DNA of 64,000 nt from the human T2T-CHM13v2.0 reference genome, Homo sapiens: NCBI RefSeq assembly GCF_009914755.1, contig NC_060929.1, one strand, 5' to 3'. The position numbers were made by a program, and so were the translations under genes. Of this stretch, positions 15,615 to 28,503 are shown one piece after another (position 1 is the first letter of the stretch; each line of letters starts with the position of its first letter). The notes under the pieces are model-generated. The model made no database searches. It was not told where the DNA came from and saw only the letters and a program-made list of their open reading frames with translations.

Positions 15615-17160
15615 TATTAGTCATGGTTATTTTAAATTTCCTATATAATAATTTGAACATTTATGTCTGAGTTTATTTCTGATTATTACTTTATCTCTTT
15701 AGACTGCTTTTATTTACTTGCCTTTTGGCATGTTTTGTCACTTTTGGTTGAAAATTGGACATATGCATTGCATAATATGAGGGCATAAAGAGATGTTTAG
15801 CGAGATGTATGGGCTAAGACTTGGCTGCGTTTAATGTTTACTCTAGCTATAGGTGCCAGAAGCTTCAAAATTCTCTAGTTCCTTAATTTTTGTCTTTTCT
15901 CTTGAGTTTGAGCTTCCCTGTGTGTTCTTCAGAAAGCATTTATATTTTGCAGCTATTATATCTCTAATCCCCTGTCATACTCAAGCATTGTTTATGTGTG
16001 AAGAACAGAGTCCTATAATTTTCCAATTGAATATTACCACCTTTGGTGAACTTATGTCTTGGGGCTGTGACATTCACAAGTATATTTTTAGTGATACAAC
16101 TTCTTTTTCTCCTTCTCTTATTGCAGTGTCCCCAATCTATTTCCTTGATTCCCCAATCCTTTTTGAGTATTTTTTGTTGTTGTTGTTGTTTGATATTTGT
16201 TTATTTACTCCTTAGGTGAGATAGCAAGGCAACAAGAGGTTCTAATGGCAAGAGGAATGTCCTTCCCCAAATGGCATAAGATTTTGGTAAAGTCATTTCT
16301 GCTAGAATATAGGCCTTTTCTATGGAGAAGGTCGTGAGTGTGTTTTATGATTACTTCTCCCACCCCCTGCCAGAATCCTGAGGGCATCTCTTCCGATTTT
16401 CCCCACGAGAACTTGCAGGGGGAGAAGTTTTTCCTAGAGGTAAAATCTATGAAAATATGGTGGCTCCCCTAAAACTGTGGCCCAGAGAAATTTTATACTC
16501 TCATGCTAGTCTACACAAACACACATTTGGACTCCAACAGTTTGTGAAAATGACCATTTCAGTGTTTCTAGCAGGATACGGCTTCAACAACTTATGCTAT
16601 GAACAAGCATATCAGCTGTGACTCTCTGTATCAGCCTGTCTCTCCAGATTTGGAGATGGCAATTTGCCTCATAATGTCATCTCATTGACAGATTCAACAA
16701 AAGTCATTGATTTTCCTTTTGTCCATTTTTTTCTTGTTGCAAGAAAAGGAGTGATAAATTCCAATCTCTTTCCACATTAGGGCACAAACCAGAAGTCAGT
16801 GCTATACAGCTATACATAGAGAAGCACGGGTTATTATAGCACAACATGAGGAAGGTAAAAAAAAAATGTGGGAGATAGAAAAAACTTTTGGAGCTAGATC
16901 ACACAGATAAATTAGCCATGTGAAGATTCAAAGAAAGAATTTTTTAGACAGAATCTCACAAAGCATGTAGGTGCAAAAAAAAAAAAAAAGCAGAAGAACA
17001 TGATGTGGTAGTTTGGCAGTAGTGTAGAGTACAAAAGACAGTAAAATAAATGAGTTTTCCAAGAGAAATATACAAGGGCCTGCATAATTTTCTAATATTA
17101 GTCTAATCACCAAAGAAAAATTTTTCTGTGATAAGTGTGTCCTGCTCCCCATTTTAAATA

Positions 17161-17257
17161 TTAGATATTCAAAATATCTAACTAGTGTTAAATTTTCAAA
17201 ATAACTAGCTAGTATCAGATTTTCAAAATATCTAACTAGTATTAGATAGTCAAAATT
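17161..17257. repeat. 27-bp tandem repeat, ~3.6 copies
   Basis: TTAGATATTCAAAATATCTAACTAGTG / TTAAATTTTCAAAATAACTAGCTAGTA / TCAGATTTTCAAAATATCTAACTAGTA / TTAGATAGTCAAAATT. Confidence 0.85.
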
Positions 17258-18469
17258 CAAACCAATTCGCATTCAGTTTACTTTAGCAGGAAGTAATGGA
17301 AAGAAATAGAACAACTGTTTTTTTTTTCCTTTTACTTTTTTTTCTTTTTTTGTAGGGAGGAGATATACAGGGACCTTGAAGCAGATTGGCTAGCAAGAGC
17401 ACAATTCTTTATATTCTTGCTGTAGCCACTATTCAGCGGTAAAGATTTTCACTTATTTTTTATTATTTTTAAAAAATTTTGATTGATACATATTTGTAAA
17501 CATTTATGAAATAAGGTGTTTGAACATCTCTTTCCTCTATAGGAAATCAGCCACTCCAACTCCTACAGAGATAGCCATAGTAGGCAATGATGTTATGTAC
17601 ACATACAAAACAATTTAATTTGTGCAATATGATTTCCACTCTTATAATACAAACATGACTCTGGAATTTATACACTGACAGAAGAATGTTGTTCCAATAA
17701 CTTTGAATCAAATAGCCAACAACACTGCTGCTTTTATCTTTGTCTGGAGTTTATATTTCAACTCTCTGGATTCAAGGTCTATATTCTTTTATCTTTCTTT
17801 TTCTTTCTGAAGACCCAAGGACACTGACAATGCTACTTATATTAGAAATAGAAACAGATATAAGTTTATGATCAAGTGAGAAATTCTTATTCATTCAATA
17901 ACATAATAAATGTTTTGACTTCTAAGTGGCTTGAGGAGCTTTAAAAAACAGGAAGATTGCATTAAATTTAAAAGTATGTATTTTTGATGACATTTATTTC
18001 AAACATAAAAATAGACATTAACCATGATACTCTTTAATTATGAGATTTCAGCCTCCCTCTTGTAGAGGTTCTGAGACTGAATTTCCTATTGGGGAAAGTG
18101 GGTTGTAACAAAAGAATAGTAAAGAGATGTGTGAACAAACAGATCAATTACTTCATAATAAACTTGAAGATGAGGGAACTCAAGAAGAGCAAGGAGTGCT
18201 CAGGGATATGCTCTGGTTCACCTTGGATATGGACTCTCTGGAAACTTTTTCTTTCCCCCAACTCTGCCTCCCTGGTCTCTTTGTATTACTCTTTAATTTC
18301 TCCTTCATTTAATTTTGTCTTCTTCTGTTTGGTTGCAGGTGGACCTATTTGAATTGGAGACTGTCTTTCTAATAATTAGAAAGTAGCTTCAGTTTTCTTA
18401 AATCGCCTATGGGTTTAACAAAATCCTCTCAATACACGGTATCTGTACTCCTTAAAAATACCTGTGCAG

Positions 18470-18779
<310 letters not shown>

Positions 18780-20870
18780 CTCTGTGCAGGTCCAAGGATT
18801 TGGGGGAACTCAGAATGTGCATTTGTATTTAGCAGCCTCAGGTTTTATATAATTAATTTCATTAATTAGGAAATCCACCCCATCTGGTTCTTATGTCAGC
18901 ATCTTCTAGCATAGGAAAATTGAATTGTCAATCTTCATTCCTTCACTGGTCTGTGCTTTTATCCCACCTATTACAGTCAATTTTATTATATGTTAGTACT
19001 CATTGTATTTCTTGTCATCACCTGGAAACCCAAGCTCGAGACTCCAAAAAGATGTTACTTTCCACTGGCATCAGATAAAGAATATAGATGTGAAAAACTA
19101 TACTACTTTATTATTAATCATTCCTTCAGTTAACCCAAGATATGCACCTTGGCTGGACAAATACATGCACAGCTTTTAAATTCAAGGTTTAGGGAGCTTT
19201 ATAAATAGAATTTTAGCAAACATGGTGAATGGCTAAATCTGGTCAAAGGTACAAGTTTAATATAAATAGATTTTCCTTCAGAGTCCAAAGGTCTACCAAG
19301 TAAAAGGTCAAGCTACTCTTCACAAAGGCATTATTTTCCCATGTACTTTTAGTTCCTAATCACCTTGATTTGCTTTCAGATTTTCAGTGCCACCTAAGTG
19401 CTTCTAAATGTTCTTGCATTAAATTTCACCCTGCTCACAGGTTAGGGCCTCATCCTGGATCCCTCTCTCCTATTCCATTTGCACATTTCTCAAGTGTGAG
19501 TCATTTACTCTAGAAATTATCTCAGGATTTCAGCAACACAATAAATGCTGATTATAACAGCATATGCTAAACATAGAAGATGGAAAGAGCTTTTTGTGCT
19601 CCAAGTTTTGAAAGAAAATCCAGAGTGAGTAAGGACCAACTAGATTGGATTTCAACACACCTCATGCTTTGACTATTTTACTTATAGGACAGAACATTAT
19701 TGCATACATCTCCCAAGGATCAATAATGTTCCAAGATAGTATAGGCTGATGCCATTAAGAAGTAGACAATATTTGCACAAGTTCCTTTTCTATTCATGAA
19801 TTTTAAAATTTACGTTATGATGTTAAACAATAAGTGATTCTAGGGATCCCCAAATATTTGTACCACTCTTTTCTACCTTCACTGAATAAAGAAAGAAGTC
19901 AAAATATTATCTTTATGACTGTTAAAGGCCAAATTAGAGAATGTGGCTTTTAATCTCTTTGCTGTATGGGCTTACCCTACTAAATTCCAGTCACAGGTAA
20001 AGCTGACCTTGCACAGGCCTTCCCACATAGAAGGGGCCTGTGCAGGTTCTATTTATGATCTGCTAAAGCAGAAGGTAACTCATCTTTCTGCAGGCAAGCT
20101 TGCACTCAAGAGGAAGAGGACAGATAAGATCTGCGTGTGCCTAGTTATTCTCAGAGAAGTCTCTCTATCTTTCTATGTTCACAGTGATTCAAGCAAAATG
20201 CTTACAGAGAGAAAATCTTTCAAGAACACTCGGAGAGCATATAAGGTGTTTTCTTCGAATACAGCACAGTATAAGTTTATTCATAACCAGTTTATTCATA
20301 ACTTCAAAATCCCAAAATCTCCAATTCTTAAAAATTTGCAGGCAACTCATTTGGCTGCAAAACCTCAACTGAACAGAAGTAAACTATTTATTTACTGTTT
20401 CTACTTAGGGTCAATATTCATTATTTTTGTTATGGACATATTAACCTGTTGGTAAGCTGTTGTCTCATAATTCTGATCCATCCGTCCTTCCATAATTGGC
20501 TCTGAAAAGCTGGGACTTAGACTTATCCAAACTACATTTCTCCTCTGCCAACTGGTTTCCAGTTATATTTGTACCAGTACATGGCATAAAAAGCAAGCAG
20601 AAGGAGGGAAGAGGGTCTTGCTTCTTTATATTTGTTAATTTTCTTAACAAAAACATTTTAACAGCTCATTTCCGTTTCCAGGTAGTTTTGGTACCTCTAG
20701 AATCAGTATCATAACTTCAGTTGAGCAGTACCCTTTTCCAAATTTTATATTCTGATAAATTCTTCTTGCTATTATTTTCTCTGAGTTTCTCAATGCTTTC
20801 TTCTTTATGCTTTCATATCGCCAACATCTGTGTAACCACTCTATGTTAAACTTTCTTTAGTGAGATTTCT

Positions 20871-21688
20871 CTTTTTTCAGCTTTATTGAGGTATGTGGCA
20901 AATAGAAATTGTACACATTTAAGGTATACAACTTGATGTTTTGATATCTGCACACATTGTGAAATGATCACCACAATGAAGTTAATGAACATATCCATCA
21001 CCTCACATAGTTACTATTGTCTTTCTTTTTTAATTTTGTGCAGTAAAAATATTTAAGATCTATCCTCTTATCAAATTTTAAGCATACAATACAGTATTGT
21101 TAACTATAGTCACTGTCTTAGTTTATTTGTACTATTCTAATAAAATACCTAAGACAGGATAATTTATAAAGAATAGAAATTTATTTCTCATAATTCTGGA
21201 GTGGAAAGTCCAAGATAAAGGTGCCGGTAGGTTCAGTTGTTTGGTGAGGGCTGCTCTCTGCTTCCAAGGTGGCACTTTGTTGCTGCACTCCTGGAAGGAC
21301 AGGAATGCTGTGTCCTTACATGATGGAAGGCAGAACGGCAAGAAAGCCAGACAGTGTGTGAAACATCTTTTATAGGGGTCTTAAGAGAGGAACCCTCATG
21401 ACCTAATTACTTTTAAGGGCTTCGCCTCTTCATACTGTGACACAGGCCATTAAATTTCAATACCTGAATTTTGAAGGAGACACATTCAAACCACAGCACT
21501 CACAATCCTGCAAATTAGATCCCCAGAATTTATTCATCTTGCATAAGTGAAATGTTGTACCCTTTGACAACATCTCTCCCTTTCCCCCTTCCCCTCTCCC
21601 TAGCAACCACCATTGACCGTTTTAGATTCCACAGATAAATGCAATCGTGTGGTATTTGACTTTCTCTATCTGGCTTCTTTTACTTAGC
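20871..21688 (-). mobile_element. L1MA-type 3' end, interrupted by an MST LTR
   Basis: CAGCTTTATTGAGGTAT...CACATTGTGAAATGATCACCACAAT. TSD TGAGATTTCT at 20861-20870 and 21689-21698. Confidence 0.85.
21114..21498 (-). mobile_element. MaLR solo LTR (MSTC/MSTD-like)
   Basis: TGTCTTAGTT...CACATTCAAACCACAGCA. 5-bp TSD GTCAC/CTCAC. Confidence 0.85.
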
Positions 21689-22171
21689 TGAGATTTCTTT
21701 TTTCTCAACTGAACTCTGATTAATATTGGCATGCTCCCCTAGGATCTGCTGGGTATATTAAGAAATATATGGTATATGCATAATCTATCTTTCTAAAATT
21801 CAGAATTGTAAAATATATCTCTTCCTAAAGGTTCGAATAAGGAATTGGAGAAAAGTATTTTTGTTACTGCTTTTTGAATCATTGTGTGCACATTTTCTGA
21901 GTTGGTTTCTCAAAGGACAGATTCCTGTACTACATAGAGATCTTGGAATCTGAGAATATGATTTAGTACCCAGCATTATCGAATAATCTCCCCAGATTAT
22001 TCCTGTTGCTATGGTTTAAATCTTTTTATCCACTAGAAAGCAAAATGGGTTACATATACTTTAGCAGCTATTCCCTTAAGGGCAGATAGATAACCTGTGA
22101 ACTGACCATTCCAAAAAGTCATTAATTTACTAAACAAAAGCCTATGTTCTCCTAAGTCTCCACTTGAAGAA

Positions 22172-22525
22172 TGTATTAGTCCATTTTCACACTGCTATAA
22201 AGACATACCTAAGACTGGGTAATTTATAAAGAAGAGAGGTTTAATTGACTCACAGTTTTGGAGGCCTCAGGAAACTTACGAACATGGTGGAAATGGAAGA
22301 GGCACATCTTACATGGAGGCAGTCGAGAGAGAGCTTGCAAGAGCAGAGCAAACTGCCTTACAAAACCATGAGATCTCATGGGAACTCACTACCACGAGAA
22401 CAGCATGGGGGAAACCACATCCATGATCCAATCACCTCTCACTGGATCCTGCCCTTGACAGGTGGGGATTACAGGGATTACAATTCAAGATGAGATTTGG
22501 GTGGGGACACATGGAAACCATACCA
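22172..22525 (-). mobile_element. MaLR solo LTR (THE1D/MSTA-like)
   Basis: TGTATTAGTCCATTTTCACACTGCTATAAAG...ACAATTCAAGATGAGATTTGGGTGGGGACAC...AAACCATACCA. Confidence 0.9.
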
Positions 22526-25500
22526 GGGAATAGAGAGGAGATAGTCTATTCTTATAGTTATACCAGTATGGCCCTGACTGAAAAAGTAATGTATGTATAT
22601 TGGTTGAAGTATAATCTGGGGCTGGCTTCCATGGGTACAGTCTTTGCTACTGCAGATTAGAGTTGAGTCATTTTGCACACTTTCTTCTGATATGTGGCCT
22701 CTGGTTCCACTCAGCCTCTGCAAGTGGATTCATCCAGCAGCTGCCACTTTTCATGTTGTCTCTTCCTTACTACCATTTAGGGATGCTTATAGAGATGCTA
22801 ATGGATTTTTAACAACTGCCCTAATGTTCTACAGTTTCTGAGCTATGTATGCAAATGAAGCTATGCCTGTAGCCCCATAGGAAACATTCCTTCTCAATAG
22901 TGATTAAACAAGAATCATAGTGTTCAAAGGTTGAAATGAGTTATGCACCCAAATTGCCAGCAAGATAGCGAAGGTGTATGGGTACAAATTTGTATTTAAT
23001 TGACGTTACTAAACAGCAAATAGAAAGCAATCCCTCCATGTGATGCAAGTATAAAACTATTTAAATATTTATTCTGAATACAAATATGTAGAGTCACACC
23101 ATCACATAGTTAGAAGCATAAATGTTTGGTTTGAAGGGACTTTGTTGATTATTGAAACATAATCGTTACATAGATCAGTAGTCTCCAAATCTTTTATATT
23201 GGGCACTATTATATTCATGTATTTGTGTGTAAATATTCACATACTACTATATTAATACAATATGCACATTATTAATCCTACAGAAAAAAAAAATGACAGA
23301 AAACACAAACTATACCAAAACGTTTCAATGTTGTCTTCCTGAATCTCAAAAGAGCATGTGGTGTGTACCATCAGGTACACACACCTGGGGATCATCAGTC
23401 TAGCAAAAGTAATCCACATACACACAGAAAGGAAAAACAAATACAAGATACCAGAAATGGAATTTATCCATCATCAATCAGAGATCTCTGAAATAAGCAT
23501 ATTTACACCCTCTCTGCTGTATGTGACAGTCAATGAGAAATCTTGTGTTGTGGGCAACTGTGTCCCCTGTCTTAGCTAGCTTTCTCTTCCCACTGCCTCA
23601 TGGTTTGGTTTTGTGTTACAAACAGAAAAGCTGTTGAAAGCATCTCACCCACCATATTCCTACTTTATTTGCCCCTTTCACTGTAGCCTTTTCTAACATA
23701 TTCTCTGGCTTCCCTACATTACTTTTCCCCTAAAACACTATTTTTGATTATTATATAGATATGTAGTATGAATACCAGTATATGTTTCCAAAAGATGGAT
23801 TTTCCACAAATTAAAATATTCGATTTAGCTCTAAATATGGAAACTAAAAATATGCAACCCACTGTGAAATGAATTACTCATACACTATGTGTCTCATTTT
23901 AAACTAATAACTCTATAACCTTAAAATACAGCTCAATCTTAAAGTATTAATTTTGAAATGGTGCATTTGTGCTAATGATTTACTGGGAGGAAAAATCCTT
24001 TAATCTAACCCTTTTGCTTATGAACTTGAAAGTTGAACTTTATAGAAATGACTGACTGCAACAGCAGGGCTTTTCACCAGCTGATCAAAATTAACAGTTT
24101 CTTTCAATTGTTCTAATTAAGACCAAGGGGAGTTCTGGAATGTACCAATGGTATCTCAAATTGCTCCCTAGCTTAAAACTAGTTTCTGGGAAGGAATATC
24201 AGCTTTTACCTTTCCCTACAAATAGTTTAGTCTACCTTGCTATTATTACTGTTTACTAAAAGGACTTCTATGAATATATCCCAAGAGAATGTGTTTTTTT
24301 TCACTTTATTTCATTAGAAAGCAAAACAATTAAAGAAGAGAAACATAATGATCTTGATTAGAAAATGGTTAGAAACCAGATGCTTTATCAATGATGAGAG
24401 CACTATAAACATGTTAGTATTTAACATATTAATAATTTTATTTTACTTTAATTATTTCATATATATACTGGAAGTCTCAGTGGAGAAACCAGTTAACTGA
24501 ATCATAATCATGGTAATACTATGAAAATTAAATTTATTTAAATCATAAGTAAGAGTATTGCTTTAAAGTGTATAGTTTTCATACTAGCTGAATGTATCTC
24601 AAGGAAGAGTTCTACGTTTGAAAACCAATTCTTTCCTTCTAAATTGTAGTTTGTTGTCATTCATCATCTAAAGTTTTTATCTAGGTTATTAATAAAACGT
24701 ACATTTTTAAATAGTAATTTATTTTAATATTATGCATTTATAATGTTTATTTCTTTCAGGACTTTTATTTAAATGGGATTTTCTATTTAAATAAAACATT
24801 TTATTCAAAATATGTTTTAAAATAAAACTGTCAAAGTTGTATAAATAATGAAGCGTGCATACAAGCCAATACCAATATTTTCATCATTGAAGCAAAAACA
24901 GGGAAAAGTTTTAAATCTTGACCTATATGTATTTGCCTGGCAAATCATTTAGGTGCTATTATAAAGTTATTTTAAAAATTGGTTAAAGAAGTATATTCAA
25001 GATCAACCAATTAAATTCTGAGTACCAAATGCATTATGATAAGGAGTACAGATCCCTATAATTTAACCAAACATCAGCTTGCTTAAAAGTGTGATTGTGT
25101 TATGGGTGATGAAAATATGTTGCCTTGCTTCATCAGCATTTCAAACCATGTCTTCTTTGCATGTGACAATTATCAGTTTAAAGACCTTTGAGAGGGCATA
25201 CTCTTTAACCTCATACACAGTCCCAAAATAAGTAATTGACTCTTTCAACTCTCACGGTGGTGTTAAGATATAAGCAATCTCTTGTTGTAATTAGCATTCT
25301 TTCTTAGGAAAAGGCTGACAGCTGGGTGGCTAAATGGGCTAGCAGTTTTCAGAGAGCATTCCCTTCCCTACGGCTGGAAACAGACTATTTAAAACCACTG
25401 TGCAAGAGTCAACAGGATTAACATGGAGTCAACTTCCTTGGGAAATGGAGCCAAAGAGATTCGAAGGAGACAGAATACTTCAAGGCAATCACACTAGTAG

Positions 25501-26501
25501 TGAAAATCTCCAGACTTACTGGTCCTGTCACATCTAATTTAACTGATGACATGAACGTTAAGCAGAACTACAAAGACTTTTTTTTATGAGCCTAAACTCT
25601 TTTTTTACTTCCTGAAAGCTTAGGATATTTCCTTTTTTTCTTTTTTTTTTTTTAACTGAAGAGAAATCCATCTTAAAAACCTGGAAAACACCTTCTGTTT
25701 ATTTAGACATACATGCATGAAGATTAGCGTCTTTACATAGAAGGATTTTTACCACTAAATTTTAGACTGTTTACAGGTTTTTCTTTTAATTTATAATTCT
25801 TATCATGTATCTTTTTACATTTCTAATTATAAAGAAATTACTAAATCTTCTTGAAAGAAATTTATATTTTGTGGAACTTGTTCATGTAAATTTCATCAAG
25901 GATTTGTGTACTTTCTTGTTATGAACTCTCATAATTGAGAATTTAAATATACAGGTAGAAAACAGAACTATTTCATTATCAATACAATGACTATTTCGTT
26001 GGCAAATGTGAAGTCCAAATATTCTGTTAATGTTAGGTTTTTCTTAGAAAATGTAGAAAACACAAATTTTAAGTATAAAGAGCTATCATTCTTTGTTTTA
26101 TCTGTATAATTAGAAAAGCATTTTAACTATTAATAATATACAAACTATTGCGATGCATATTTAGTTTAGTACTCAAGTGGTAGAAAACGATTAGTCTCTC
26201 CCAGTAAAGCATTTACAGTGTAGTTGGCTAATCAGACATATTCATGATGAATAAGATCTATTAATTATAGACTGAAGACTATGTCTGGAATTAACCAGCT
26301 TCTAGGTTGAAACTTCAGTCCTGATAATAACCATTGGGCCAGCATTTTATTCTACCCTAAGAGAGTTGCAAATGTCAAAAAAGCAGTCTGGGTCTATGGG
26401 TGGGAAAAAGCTTGGGGTGTTAATTATTTATCAAATTCAAATTAGATTGATTTGCCAAGGAATTTGTTTTTTATTTTAAGAGAAAATATAAAAATGGTGG
26501 G

Positions 26502-28503
26502 TTTTTTTTTATTATACTTTAAGTTCTGGGATATGTGTGCAGAATGTGCAGGTTTGTTACATAGGTATACACATGCCACGATGGTCTGCTGCATCCATCA
26601 ACCTGTCATCTACATTAGGTATTTCTCCTAATGCTATCCCTCCTCTAGCCCCCCACCCCCTGAGAGGCCCCAGTGTGTGATATTCCCCTCCCTGTGTCCA
26701 TGTGTTCTCATTGTTCAACTCTACTTATGAGTGAGAACATGCAGTGTTTGGTTTTTTGTTCCTGTGTTAGTTTGCTGAGAATGATGGTCTCCAGCTTCAT
26801 CCACGTCCCTGCAAAGAACATGAACTCATCCTTTTTCATGTCTGCATAGTATTCCATGGTGTATATGTGCCATATTTTCTTTAACCAGTCTATCATTGAT
26901 GGGCATTTGGTTTGGTTCCAAGTCTTTGCTATTGAGAATAGTGCTGCAATAAACATACATGTGCATTTGTCTTTATAGTAGAATGATTTATAATCCTCTG
27001 GGTATATACCCAATAATGGGATTGCTGGGTCAAATGGTATTTCTGGCTCTAGATCCTTGAGGGATCGTCACACTGCCTTCCACAATGATTGAACTAATTT
27101 ACCCTCCCAACAGTGTAATAGCATTCCTATTTCTCCATATCCTCTCCAGCATCTGTTTTTTCCTGACTTTTTAATGATCACCATTCTAACTGACATGAGA
27201 TGATATCTCACTGTGGTTTTGATTTGCATTTCTCTGATGACCAGTGATGATGAGTTTTTCTTCATATGTTTGTTGGCTGCATAAATGTCTTCTTTTGAGA
27301 AGTGTCTGTTCATATCCTTTGCCCATTTTTTGATGAGGTTGTTTGTTTTTTTCTTGTAAATTTGTTTAAGTTCCTTATAGATTCTGGATATTATCCCTTT
27401 GTCAGATGGATAGATTACAAAAATTTTCTTCCATTCTGTAGGTTGCCTGTTCACTCTGATAATAATTTCTTTTGCTGTGCAGAAGCTCTTTAGTTTAATT
27501 AGATCCGATTTGTCAATTTTGGCTTTTGTTGCAATTACTTTTGGTGTTTTAGTCATGAAATCTTTGCCCATGCCTATATCCTGAATGGTATTGCCTAGGT
27601 TTTCTTCTAGGGTTTTTATGGCTTTAGGTCTCATTTTAAGTCTTTAATCCATCTTGAGTTAATTTTTGTATAAAGTGTAAGGAAGGGTTCCAGTTTCAGT
27701 TTTCTGCATATGGCTAGCCAGTTTTCCGAACACCATTTATTAAGCAGGGAACCCTTTCCCCATTGTTTTTTTGGTCAGGTTTGTCAAAGATCAGTTGGTT
27801 GTAGATGTGTGGTGTTATTTCTGAGGCCTCTGTTCTGTTCCGTTGGTCTATATATCTGTTTTGGTACCAGTACCTTGCTGTTTTGGTTACTGTAGCCTTG
27901 TAGTATAGTCTAAAGTCAGGTAGCATGATGCCTCCAGCTTTGTTCTTTTTGCTTAGGATTGCCTTGGCTATACAGCTCTCTTTTGGTTCCATATGAAGTT
28001 TAAAGTAGTTTGTTCTAATTCTGGGAAGAAAGTCAATGGTAGCTTGATGGGGATAGCATTGAATCTGTAAATTACTTTGGGCAGTGTGGCCATTTTTCAT
28101 TATATTGATTCTTCCTATCCATTAGTATGGATAATTTTTCCATTTGTTTGTGTCCTCTTTTATTCCCTTGAGCAGTGGTTTGTAGTTCTCCTTGAAGAGG
28201 TCCTTCACATCCCTTGTCAGTTGTATTCCTAGGTATTTTATTCTTTTTGTAGCAATTGTGAATGGGAGTTCACTCATGCTTTGGCTCTCTGTTTGTCTGT
28301 TATTGGTGTATAGGAATGTTTGTGATTTTTGCACATTGATTTTATATCCTGAGACTTTGTTGAAGTTCCTTATCAGCTTAAGGAGATTTTGGGCTGAGAT
28401 GATGCGGTTTTCTAAACATACAATCATGTCATCTGCAAATAGAGACAATTTTATTTCCTCTCTTCCTATTTGAAGGCCTTTTATTTATTTCTCTTGCCTG
28501 ATT
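26502..28503 (-). mobile_element. LINE-1, L1PA7-like, 5'-truncated (~2 kb), with disrupted ORF2 3' half
   Basis: Poly-T, then TTATTATACTTTAAGTTCTGGGAT (L1PA7-type 3'UTR). Minus-strand ORFs 28122-28448 (LFADD), 27714-28100, 27068-27634 and 26708-27013 are ORF2 pieces. Confidence 0.92.

Larger units (their letters stand above)
13500..16800 (-). mobile_element. Ancient L1M element (antisense), interrupted by an L1 fragment (14783-15245) and Tigger4b (15336-15614)
   Basis: T-rich antisense L1M-type text (TTTACATTTAAAGTGAT, GGATACAGAAGTCTGCGTTGGCAG) that appears to resume after each insertion. Confidence 0.6.
20458..21726 (-). mobile_element. LTR33-like ERVL LTR, interrupted by L1MA
   Basis: CATCTGTGTAACCACTCTATGTTAAACTTTC...TTTCTCAACTGAACTCTGATTAATA resembles an antisense LTR33 end. 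Confidence 0.4.
20290..21850 (+). mobile_element. MER46C DNA transposon split into 20290-20455 and 21727-21850
   Basis: Left part AACTCATTTGGCTGCAAAACCTCAACTGAAC. Right part GCTCCCCTAGGATCTGCTGGG...ATATGGTATATGCA...CTTTCTAAAATTCAG. Confidence 0.65.

Noticed and set aside
17161-17257. CRISPR-like array
   Set aside because: The units are head-to-tail with no spacers, in human DNA with no cas genes.
19943-20455. 170-aa ORF
   Set aside because: Non-ATG start, no recognisable domain, and it runs into MER46C.
23361-23382. 9-bp hairpin GTGTGTACC-ATCA-GGTACACAC (a similar one lies at 44582-44602)
   Set aside because: A few 9-bp stems are expected by chance in 64 kb.
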